This document shows positions 21,404 to 30,902 of a stretch of 64,000 bases of DNA, piece by piece (position 1 is the first letter of the stretch; each line of letters starts with the position of its first letter). The DNA is taken from contig CAVVLO010000003.1 in the NCBI GenBank assembly GCA_963749155.1, forward strand, positions 224,001 through 288,000, in the 5' to 3' direction. The translations under genes were made by a program, and so were the position numbers. A model generated the notes under the pieces. It had not been told where the DNA came from and did no database searches. It was given only the letters and a program-made list of their open reading frames with translations. This DNA comes from an uncultured Armatimonadia bacterium. GTDB lineage: Bacteria; Armatimonadota; Zipacnadia; CAVVLO01.

Positions 21404-23398
21404 CTAAAGTGATGCTATAGGTTCGTGGGTGGCAGCCTGGATGGGTACGATCGTATTGCTCTCGAAGCCTGTGCTGAAGGCTCCTTTACCCACTCGCAGA
21501 CCCAGGTCGCCCTGGGCCGAGACGCTGCCGTCGCTGCCGAACTTGATATACTGGGAAGCCTCGAACCGCCCTGCGCCCATGAACTTGAGATCGACTCCGG
21601 CCCCTACCTGGAAGCCGAAGCCAGCCGCGGGGCTCCACGTGCCAGCCACGAAGAGGCCCTGGCCGGCTTTCAGTTCCAGCTCGCCGCTCTCCATATCCCA
21701 CTCGAAACTGACCAGGACAAGATCGATGCAGAGCGTCGTGTCGCCGCCATAGGTGACTGCTGGGGCCACTACTTCTCCTTCGCCCTCCCAGTAAGAGGGG
21801 GGCTCGGGGAAGGCCCCCATTATGGCAAGCGGTATGCCGTAGAAAGGCGGCACCTCGACAGTACTTTTGGCGGAGAGCGTTGAGGGCACATACTGGTAGC
21901 GCATCAGTGCCAGGCCGTGGTTGATCGGCGAGTAATAGCAGTCGCGCAGAGCCTGCTCCAGCGCGTCGGTAAGGATGCCAGCTTTGGCCTGCTCCTTAGC
22001 CGCCGCAGACACACCGGGCTGATCCAGGACACCACTCATCGCCTCCAGAGCAGCAACCGCCTGGACCTCGGCCTGCTGCAAAGCAAGCTGGTGGAAAAGC
22101 CCCTCCATCGAGACGAGTTCGGACCCTTCGCGCCGAAGTTGGGAGGCTACGTAATAACTTTGGTCACGCTCGGCGTTGGCGGCAAGCTCCTCTTCCGTGC
22201 GCCAGACAAGCTGCACTCCGTCGGCCCAGAGCTGCATATCCTCTTTGGCCTTCTTGCCCCGGGGCAGATAGGGCTGCATCGTCTCGACAAGGCGGGTGGC
22301 GCACCGATCGGACAGGTTTTGGCCGTGCTCTGTCATCTTGCGGCTATACCTGTCGGCTAGCCGCTCCATTATGGCCTGCACCTGGTCACAGGGGGAAAGG
22401 GCTTGCCAAGGGGCGGGCAACTCCTCCTCGCTGAGGCCCTGTTCGCGCAGGTCGTCTCGGTACTGCTCGTATTCGTCCCGGAATTCGTCCAGGTCGTGCG
22501 GTGGTGGTTCAGGTTCGGTGGCAAAGGCCAGCACGAAGGCCTGCAGCTCGCCGGCGTTGGCTTCGGCCGCTTTCAGAAAGGCCTGGTGAGCTTCGCTTTG
22601 CTTGCCTTGCCGCAGCAACGCTACGCCGTAGTTGAGCTGGTATCTGGAGAGCTCCGGCGCCAGTTCCACAGCTTCCTTGTAAAAGGCTGTCGCCTCGGCC
22701 TGCTGACCGTGCCTGGCAAAAAGCCAACCCAGCGTGGTGAGTGTAGCGGCCGACTTGGGATTCAGCTCTCGCGCGCGAGCAAGCAACACCAGCGCGTCCT
22801 CGTGACGGTCGCTCTGGGCCAGGCAGAAAGCCAGGTTGCCTAGGGCAGAGGCAAGCTCGGGATAGGTCTGGAAGGCCCTGCCGAAGGCCCATTCAGCGGC
22901 TTCGACATTGCCCTGGCCCAGTGCCGACATCCCGGCAAGCTGCAGCAGCAGCGCACGCTGATGGATCGTCAGTGTGACGTCGACCGGAAGTGACGCAAAG
23001 AGCTTGGTCTCAGCATCGGGCGGTACAGCCAGTCGCCCCTCGGCAACCAGCCCGTCCACCAGCGCCGAGGCGGCGTCGGCGTCGGGCTCCGGCAGGCTGA
23101 GAAGCGCCACCTGGGCGAAGTCTTCATCGGACAACGCAACGTCACCGGTGCGATCCCAGGTAGAAAGCTGCACCAGTAAGTGCAGCAGGTCGGCGAGGTT
23201 ATGCTCGCCGTCGCCGTTGGCGTCGAGTTGAAAGGTAGCAAGGTCCTCGCCTAGCGCTTGGTCGAGGTCGGCCTGGTTGAAGCGGCTGTCAGCGGTTACG
23301 TCCCAAGCCCGCCAATCGGGCGGTTGCGCAGCCGATGCGTAAAGCCCTGCTAGCACGAAGAGCACGCTGAGGAGAAGAATCGTGAGGTGCTTGGTCAT
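21404..23398 (-). CDS. Secreted EF-hand/dockerin-like and TPR protein
   Basis: Signal peptide; three Ca-loop motifs (DVTADSRFNQADL, DANGDGEHNLADL, DRTGDVALSDEDF); about four TPRs; beta-rich C-terminus. Confidence 0.75.
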   Translation of the reverse strand: MTKHLTILLLSVLFVLAGLYASAAQPPDWRAWDVTADSRFNQADLDQALGEDLATFQLDANGDGEHNLADLLHLLVQLSTWDRTGDVALSDEDFAQVALLSLPEPDADAASALVDGLVAEGRLAVPPDAETKLFASLPVDVTLTIHQRALLLQLAGMSALGQGNVEAAEWAFGRAFQTYPELASALGNLAFCLAQSDRHEDALVLLARARELNPKSAATLTTLGWLFARHGQQAEATAFYKEAVELAPELSRYQLNYGVALLRQGKQSEAHQAFLKAAEANAGELQAFVLAFATEPEPPPHDLDEFRDEYEQYRDDLREQGLSEEELPAPWQALSPCDQVQAIMERLADRYSRKMTEHGQNLSDRCATRLVETMQPYLPRGKKAKEDMQLWADGVQLVWRTEEELAANAERDQSYYVASQLRREGSELVSMEGLFHQLALQQAEVQAVAALEAMSGVLDQPGVSAAAKEQAKAGILTDALEQALRDCYYSPINHGLALMRYQYVPSTLSAKSTVEVPPFYGIPLAIMGAFPEPPSYWEGEGEVVAPAVTYGGDTTLCIDLVLVSFEWDMESGELELKAGQGLFVAGTWSPAAGFGFQVGAGVDLKFMGAGRFEASQYIKFGSDGSVSAQGDLGLRVGKGAFSTGFESNTIVPIQAATHEPIASL

Positions 23399-23454
23399 CT
23401 TGAGCCCTCCCGATAACGCAGAGAATAGAGGAAGCTCTAAGGCAGGCTGACTAA

Positions 23455-23463
23455 ATTATAACA
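23455..23463 (-). promoter_or_regulatory. Extended -10 promoter element TGTTATAAT for the TPR gene
   Basis: Perfect TGnTATAAT on the minus strand, 56 bp upstream of the ATG at 23398. Confidence 0.6.
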
Positions 23464-23539
23464 CTGCCAAGGGCCTTGCAGGTTGTCATACCCGTCGTGG
23501 CGAAGGCCACTGGCAAGTTTGGTCCGAAGGAGCACTAGC

Positions 23540-24994
23540 GTGCCTCTGCCCATCGTAGATGTCCATTGCCATTACTTCAACGTCCAGTATGTGGTGCGCG
23601 AGCTGCTGGAAATGCAGCACGAGAAAGCCCTTGGCGTCTATCCGGCTTTCGATTACTTCGATGACGACACTACCCCGCAGCCTCAGAGCATCCGAAGCTT
23701 CGGAGTAGGCCTGAAGAAGGGTTTCGAGATATTCCTCCAGGCGATGAAACTCGGCCTAAGGTCGCCTGAATCGAATTTCCGATATGCCAAAGACTGTCTT
23801 GCGAAAGGCGAACTTGCCGGCTATCCGCTGCTGGCCTGCCCGCTGATGATGGATATCTATTATGCGGGCGCGAATGCGCGGTGGCAGTTTCCAGTACCGA
23901 TGCCTGAGCCTCAGCTGGTCTCGACGGAGACCTATCTGGCCGAAGCGCGCTGGCTTGAAAGCGAACTGCTATGGCAAGTTATCGGGTTGCCCAACGCGCC
24001 CAGGGGCTTTCCTTCGAGGGAGAAGCCGACCTGCGCGTTGCGATGCGAGAGGTGATCGAAGAGGGCGCCGACCAGCTCGCTTCGGGCTCGAGGCCTTCAA
24101 CCGGCCCGCTTGCGGTCTCACCCCTGTGGCCTACCAACTCGTATCTCTCAAAAGGCTACAAGCATCATATGGAAGAGCTGCTGCGCCTGCAGGGCGAAAG
24201 CTTCGATGAGGTTTTTCCCTTCTTTGCTTTCGATCCCAGGCGACCGGGCATCCTGGATGCCGCGAAGTTGCTGGTAGGTCAGGGCCGCCCCTTCCGGGGC
24301 ATAAAGCTTTATCCCCCCCTGGGCTATGTGCCGACCCATCCGGGGCTATATCCGCTGTATGCCTGGGCGAGCGAGCAGCGCATCCCAATCACAATCCATA
24401 CCTCGCCTGGCCCAGTGCGCACCTTTGCGAGCAAGCTCTACGTGCCTGACCTTCGCGAAGGCGTATATTATGAGACTCTCGAAAATTTCGAGGGACGCGA
24501 CGCCAGTTGGCATTTCTCTGACCCGGCCCGCTGGAAGCCTGTGCTGGAAAATCCCGACTGGCCAAACCTCAGGCTTAATTTCGCGCATCTGGGCGGGTAT
24601 GTCGAGACCCTCGAGTATGCGCGCGCCCTCGCCAGCAGCGGCAAGACCAGTCCGAGCAAGCTGGACAGAACAGATTATCCAGTTAGTGGAGAAATACCCA
24701 GGCCGCGTTTTCACGGATTTCTCGTATTTCCCTCGCGATGAGTCGCTGGAGGCCCTCTGGACTCTGCTAAGAGCCCGTCCAAAACTGGAACGCGGGCTTA
24801 TGTTCGGCACCGATTTTGTGATGCTGATATTCGAGGGGAAGCAGGGCAACCTCGAGGATTATTACAGTCGTTATGCGGGACTGCCCGACACTGTGCTGAG
24901 GGTAAATGCGCTGGAATTTCTCGGGCTTACCGAATCAGCCCCAATGTTGCTCTTCGAAGGAGCGAAGGCAAAAGGCCAAGGCGCTTCGCTCTGA
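23540..24994 (+). CDS. Amidohydrolase_2-family metallohydrolase; frameshifts near 23990 and 24655
   Basis: VDVHCH, FRGIKLYPPLGY, ITIH, NFAHLGG, FTDFS and MFGTDF; GAAGGAG RBS before GTG 23540. Confidence 0.8.
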
Positions 24995-25108
24995 GTCACC
25001 TGGCTCTGCCTGGCTAACCAGGTAGAAGCAACTTGCTTCTGAAACTTGCGAGTCGGACCCTCTGGCTTGTATTTCCAAACTTTTGCTCTCCAAAATCTCT
25101 TATGGCTA

Positions 25109-25137
25109 TTGACGTTGGATACCCCCCGTGGTATATT
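25109..25137 (+). promoter_or_regulatory. Sigma-70 promoter TTGACG-N17-TATATT overlapped by a CsoR/RcnR-type operator ATACC-CCCCGT-GGTAT (25119-25134)
   Basis: Near-consensus -35/-10 with 17-nt spacer and TG extension; ATACC/GGTAT inverted repeat around a C-tract. Confidence 0.75.
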
Positions 25138-25171
25138 AGGTGTCACTAACACCTAAGGAGACCAGTATCCT

Positions 25172-26572
25172 ATGGAAACGACTCGGCAAGCCAGGACTGA
25201 TGTGCTTATTCTCGGTGGAGGGCCCTCTGGCATCCAGACCACCAACCTGCTACGCCAGCATAACCCTGAGCTGGAGGTAACCGTAATCAGGCCTGAGCGC
25301 TATTCGATGATCTACTGCGCCTTGCCCTATGCGCTCGAGGGACTTTTCCCTCTGGAGAAGACCTACAAGAAGGATGGTCTCATAACTGATTGCGGGGGCA
25401 AGCTTATCCAGGATAAAGCCGTAGCAGTAGACCTGGAAGGCCAGGTTGTGACACTGGGCTCTGGCGCCACCATCGGCTATGACAAGCTGGTGATCGCGAC
25501 TGGGGCCGATCCGGTGCGTCCCCCGATTCCCGGAATAAATCTGCAGAATATCTTTACCGTAAAGACGCAGGAAGACGCCCAGCGGATCATCTCGGTGCTT
25601 ACCTGTGGCTGCTGCGGCGATGGCGAGCTTGTAAAATGCAGCCTCGACGGCCCCAAGAAGGTCGTTGTGGTCGGCGCCGGCGCCATTGGGATGGAACAGG
25701 CGACCGCTTATCGCGCCCAGGGACTGGAAGTGCATCTGGTCGAGTTGCTTGGGTGGCCCCTGCCCCAGATGCTTGATGAGGATATGGCCCAGCCAGTCAT
25801 CGAAGCGCTGAAGGAAGAGGGCATCAATCTCCATTTTGGAGTCGCAGTCGAAGCTTTCGAAGGCGAAGAAGCCGTTGGTTCGGTGCAGCTTGCAAACGGC
25901 GACAAAATAGAACTCGCAGCCGGCCAGGACTTTGTGGTCGTTGCAATCGGTATGCGCCCTGCTGTTGCGCTCTTCAAGGATTCTGCTCTGCAGCTCGATC
26001 GCGATGGCATCGTCGTGGATGAGCATATGCGCACCAACCTCCCGAACGTCTGGGCCGCTGGCGACTGCTGTCAGTACGTTTCCGGGCTTGATGGCAAGCC
26101 AATTGGAGGCAAGCTGGCCACCAACGCCGTGCCGATGGCCAAGATCGCCGCCTTCGATATCCTGGGCAAGCAGGCCAGATATCCTGGCTTCTTCAATGGA
26201 GCCGCAACTGTCGTCGGCAAGCTGCGCGTTGGCAGCACTGGCTTCTCCGAGCGCGTTGCAGTCCAGCGCGGCTTTGAGGTTTACACCGCCTATGGCGAAA
26301 CCACCAGTCGTTTCCCGATGATGCCAGGCGCGGATACGGTACGTATCAAGCTGGTAGTCGAAAAGGAAACCAGACGGCTGCTGGGCGCGCAGGCCTGGGG
26401 CTCGGAAGCCATCGCCGAACGGATAGATTTGCTTACCCTGGCGCTGCAGCAGAACCTGACAGTGGACCAGCTTGCGGAGTTCAGCTACTCGGCCCAGCCC
26501 TGGCAGACCTTCTTCCCCGCCAGAAACGCCATCGTCGAGGCCGCTCAAAGAGCAGCCGGGTTGCTTAAATAA
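25172..26572 (+). CDS. FAD-dependent pyridine nucleotide-disulfide oxidoreductase (CoA-disulfide reductase / NADH oxidase family)
   Basis: GGGPSG, single active-site Cys in YCALPY, ATGA, GAGAIGME, WAAGD and dimerisation domain; AAGGAG RBS. Confidence 0.9.
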   Translation: METTRQARTDVLILGGGPSGIQTTNLLRQHNPELEVTVIRPERYSMIYCALPYALEGLFPLEKTYKKDGLITDCGGKLIQDKAVAVDLEGQVVTLGSGATIGYDKLVIATGADPVRPPIPGINLQNIFTVKTQEDAQRIISVLTCGCCGDGELVKCSLDGPKKVVVVGAGAIGMEQATAYRAQGLEVHLVELLGWPLPQMLDEDMAQPVIEALKEEGINLHFGVAVEAFEGEEAVGSVQLANGDKIELAAGQDFVVVAIGMRPAVALFKDSALQLDRDGIVVDEHMRTNLPNVWAAGDCCQYVSGLDGKPIGGKLATNAVPMAKIAAFDILGKQARYPGFFNGAATVVGKLRVGSTGFSERVAVQRGFEVYTAYGETTSRFPMMPGADTVRIKLVVEKETRRLLGAQAWGSEAIAERIDLLTLALQQNLTVDQLAEFSYSAQPWQTFFPARNAIVEAAQRAAGLLK

Positions 26573-26586
26573 CGGCTGCTGTATCA

Positions 26587-26626
26587 GGAAGCCCTCTCTT
26601 TGGTCCCCCCTGGGGAGAGGGCTTCC
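26587..26626 (+). terminator. Strong hairpin after the oxidoreductase (GGAAGCCCTCTC/GAGAGGGCTTCC)
   Basis: Perfect 12-bp stem 14 nt after the stop codon; no clear U-tract. Confidence 0.55.
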
Positions 26627-26732
26627 AGTTCCAGTCTTCCCTCAGCACTCCGGGCAGGGATAACTGCCCTCCCGCCGAAGCCTTCCCCACCTGGTCGTGA
26701 GCTAAAACGACCTCTTTCCGGGAGGCACTGCC

Positions 26733-27788
26733 GTGAATCCAAATCCTTTCCTTGGGGTCTTCCTCCACGCCATCGGAGGCCTTGCCGCAGCCAGTTTCTA
26801 CATCCCCTTCAAACGCGTGAAGAAATGGGCCTGGGAGAGCTATTGGCTTGTGGGCGGCCTCTTCAGTTGGCTGGTGATGCCCTGGGTAGTCTCGCTGCTG
26901 GTCTGCCCCGACGTGTTACGCGTGCTCAGAGATGCCCCCAGCTCAAACCTGATGTGGGCTTTCTTCTTCGGGATGCTCTGGGGCGTCGGCGGGCTGACCT
27001 TTGGCCTCTCGATGCGTTACCTGGGGATGTCCCTCGGCTATGCGCTGGCGCTTGGCTTCTGCGCGGCTTTCGGCACGCTCATCCCTCCCTTGTTTATGGG
27101 CAAGCTGCCGGCGATGCTCGCCTCTCTCGATGGTCGGGTGACGCTGATGGGCACGATTGTGTGCCTCGCCGGCATCGGCGTCTGCGGGCGGGCTGGGGTG
27201 GCCAAGGAGCTGGAGCTCTCCGCCGAGGAGAAGCAGGAGACCATAAAGGAGTTCTCCTTCACCAAGGGCGTCTGGGTCGCCACCTTCGCGGGCATTATGA
27301 GCGCCTGTATGGCTTTCGGCATCCAGGCGGGCAAGCCCATTGCGGAGCTGGCTACCGAACTCGGCACGCCCGAGATATGGAGCAACTCGCCTACCTATAT
27401 CGTCATCTTCGCGGGCGGGCTGCTGGTCAACGCGCTCTGGTGCCTTGCGCTCAACGTGCGGAATAACACCTGGCGCGACTACCTCACGCTCAAGGAAGTG
27501 CCGTACCTGGCCAACCTGCTCTTCTCGGCCGCGGCGGGCATCACCTGGTATCTGCAGTTTATGTTCTACGGGATGGGCACGACCCAGATGGGCAAATATG
27601 ACTTCTCCAGTTGGACAATCCATATGGCCTTCATCATCGTGTTCAGCAACCTGTGGGGGCTGTACTTCCGCGAGTGGAAGGGCTCCAGCCGCAGAACGCT
27701 CTCCCTGGTGACCGTCGGCATCCTGGTGCTGGTCGCCTCGACCCTGGTCGTGGGCGCAGGCAACTACCTGGCCACGCTGAAACCATAG
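26733..27788 (+). CDS. rhaT: L-rhamnose/proton symporter
   Basis: AASFYIPFKRVKKWAWESYW, GLSMRYLGMSLG, WYLQFMFYGMG and SWTIHM match RhaT. Confidence 0.92.
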   Translation: MNPNPFLGVFLHAIGGLAAASFYIPFKRVKKWAWESYWLVGGLFSWLVMPWVVSLLVCPDVLRVLRDAPSSNLMWAFFFGMLWGVGGLTFGLSMRYLGMSLGYALALGFCAAFGTLIPPLFMGKLPAMLASLDGRVTLMGTIVCLAGIGVCGRAGVAKELELSAEEKQETIKEFSFTKGVWVATFAGIMSACMAFGIQAGKPIAELATELGTPEIWSNSPTYIVIFAGGLLVNALWCLALNVRNNTWRDYLTLKEVPYLANLLFSAAAGITWYLQFMFYGMGTTQMGKYDFSSWTIHMAFIIVFSNLWGLYFREWKGSSRRTLSLVTVGILVLVASTLVVGAGNYLATLKP

Positions 27789-27824
27789 GAGGCATGTGTT
27801 GTCTGCCTTACCCGGAGGGATTCT

Positions 27825-29380
27825 ATGTCACCTGGATGGAAATCAATAACGATGACGCTTATCGCTGGACTGGTGCTGTTTGGGCTTGCGCTCTGGGTGG
27901 CTTCTGCAGCCGAAGAGAAGCAGCCCCCGCTCGTTCAGAACGGCTGGTTTGTATGGCGCGGCGAGGCTATCTGGGGCTGGACGCAGCATAACGGCTGGTG
28001 GCGCGCGGGCCAGAGGGCCAATATCACGCGGCGCTCTGTCGGCGATCCGGAGGGCGATGTGCGGCCCAACCGCACCGAAGACCTCGGCCTGCTGACCGAT
28101 AATATGCTTAAGTACGGCTACCCCGGCTTCGAGCACAACTTCGGCCTGTGGTATGACCGGCGCCGGGACGCACACGATGAGACGCCTCGCTCAACGCCCG
28201 ACTGCCAGCCGCCCTTCCTCGAGCAGCCCTGGGCGCGCAGTGGAGAGGGTCAGGCCGCCGATGGACAGAGCAAATACGACCTTACGAAGTGGAACGACTG
28301 GTATTTCGACCGCGTGAAGCAGTTCGCCGACCTGTGCGATGAGAAGGGCACGGTGCTCTTCTACAAGCTCTATATGCAGCACGCGCTGCTGGAGATCCAG
28401 CCGCATTATGTGGACTTCCCCTGGCGGCCCGCCAACTGTATCCAGGCGACAGGTATGCCCGACCGGATGCCCGCCGCCAACGCCTTCTACGATGTCTCCG
28501 ACCCCGAGCGCGCGCGGCTGCATCGGCTCTATATCCGCAAGTGTCTGGATGTGCTGGGAGACAACCGCAATGTTGTCTTTTTGCCCTCGGAGGAATTCAC
28601 CGGCCCACTGCCTTTCGTTCAGTTCTACATCGACACGGTGCTCGAGTGGGAGGCCGAGAGGGGCAAGCAGGTGACGATTGGCCTTTGCGCGCCGAAGGAC
28701 GTGCAGGATGCGATCCTCGCCGATCCGGTCCGGGGCCGGCTGTGGAGGTGCTGGACCTGCGCACCTGGTGGATTCGTGCGGACGGCTCCCTCAATGCCCT
28801 CGAGGGCGGCAAGGAAGTCCCCGGCCGCTATACTGAATCAGGCTCTGGCCAGACCGAGGAGACCACCACCGAGCGTTTCTACCAGAAGCTGCGCGGCTAC
28901 CACGATCAGTATCCAGACAAGGCGCTGGTGGACGCCCTCAATGCTACGCGGCAAGACTCCTGGGCCTTCCTGATGGCGGGTGGCAGCCTCCTGGTGAGGG
29001 GGCAGATCGAGTATCCTGAGAGTAAAGATCCGCCGACCTACATCAAGCCGGCAAATATGGATATCGTGCTGCCAACCTATGAATTCATCCGCCAGCACCT
29101 GGCGAGTAAGCTGCCGAAGATGCGGCCAGCCAACCTGGTGAAGACTGCTCCCGAGCGCAACTGGGCCCTGGCCGATGGGGGGACTACCTACCTCCTCTAT
29201 CTGCTGCGGGGCGGCAGCGTCACGCTAGACCTTTCCAGTGCGAAAGGGTCTCTGAAGGCGCGGTGGTTCGATCCGAGGACGGGCGAGCTGGGAGAAAGTT
29301 TCTCAGTTCAGCCTTCGCCCGACGCCCTTCTGACCGCGCCCGATGAGCAGGACTGGGCGTGTCTGCTGGAAGCGAACTGA
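27825..29380 (+). CDS. Secreted DUF6298-like protein with C-terminal collagen-binding-like domain; frameshift near 28732
   Basis: Signal peptide; GLWYDRRRD.H, PFLEQPWARSG, KYDLTKWN.WY and PWRPAN; WFDPRTG..APDEQDW tail. Confidence 0.65.
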
Positions 29381-29398
29381 CCCGAAGGAGTGAGGCCG

Positions 29399-30890
29399 AT
29401 GGCTGGTCGCAAGCTGGTCTTCCTGATGGTAGATACCCAGCGCTGGGATATGCTGGGCTGCTACGGCAATCCGGATATGAAGACGCCCAACCTCGACAGG
29501 CTGGCGAGCCAGGGCGTCAGGTTCGAGAGGGCCTACACCACGCAGCCTGTCTGCGGGCCAGCGCGGTCGGCCTTGTTCACGGGCCTCTACCCCCACTCGA
29601 ATGGCTCCTGGGCCAACTCGATTGCCCTCTCGGCCAATGTGAAGACGATCGGCCAGCGGCTTTCTGATAACGGTTTCCACACCGCTTATATCGGCAAGTG
29701 GCACCTCGATGGAGGCGACTACTTTGGCCTGGGCGTCTGCCCGCCGGGCTGGGACGATGACTACTGGTACGATATGCGCCGGTACCTGGAGGAGCTGACC
29801 CCTGAAGAGCGCGTCCGCTCACGAGATATCCGCACCAACCGCGACCCGGACCTCTCGGAGGACTTCCTCTTCGGCCATCGGTGTTCCAACCGGGCCATCG
29901 ACTTTTTGGAGAAGCACCACGAGGAGGATTTCCTGCTGGTGGTCAGCTACGACGAGCCGCATGGGCCTTGCCTCTGCCCCCGGCCCTACTCGGAGCTGTA
30001 CCGTGATTACGAGTGGCCCAAGACACCGCGTGTCTTCGACAAGCTGGAGGGCAAACCCGAGCATCAGCGCGTGTGGGCAGGCCCGATGTTGGAGCGTAAC
30101 AAGGACGAGTTGGTTATCCGGCCTCAGGACTTCCTGGGATGCAATAGTTACGTGGATTATGAGCTGGGTCGCGTGCTGGAAGCTATCGAGCGCTATGCGC
30201 CCGACGCGCTGGTCATCTACACCGCCGACCACGGCGACCTGATGGCCTCTCACAGTATGTGGGGCAAGGGGCCGGTGATGTACGACGACATCACGCGCAT
30301 CCCGTTGCTGGTGCGCTGGCCTGGCCAGACCCCTGAAGGCGCGGTGTGCGAGCATCCGGTCTCCCATATAGACCTTGTGCCGACGCTGATGGAAGCCGCA
30401 GGCCTCCCCCAGCCGCAGTGGCGCGATGGAGAGTCGATGCTGGCGACCTTCCACGACCCTGGAGTGAGGCCCTCAGAACACGTTTTCCTGGAGTTCGGCC
30501 GGTATGAGATAGACCATGACGGGTTTGGAGGCTTCCAGCCGGTGCGTTGCGCCTTCGATGGGCGCTACAAGCTGGTGGTGAACCTGCTGACCAGCGATGA
30601 GCTCTACGACCTCGAGGATGACCCGAATGAGCTGACCAATCTCATAGAGTCTCCGCGAGTATGCCAGCGTGCGCGACGGATTGCACGATGCGATGCTGGA
30701 CTGGATGAACCGCACCCGCGATCCCTTCCGCGGCTATTACTGGGAGCGCCGGCCCTGGCGCGCCGATGCGAGGCCCGCGAGTTGGGACTACACGCTGATG
30801 ACTCGCCAGAGAGAGCATGAGGAGTACGAGCCGCGCCAGTTGGACTACAATACTGGCCTGCCTATAGAGCAGGCGCACCGGAAGAAGTAA
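29399..30890 (+). CDS. Cys-type sulfatase, YidJ-like; frameshift near 30655
   Basis: CGPARSALFTG signature, GKWHLDGGDYFG, SYDEPH, ADHG and RDPFRGY.W.RRPW. Confidence 0.9.
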
Positions 30891-30902
30891 GGGAGTGAAC
30901 TT

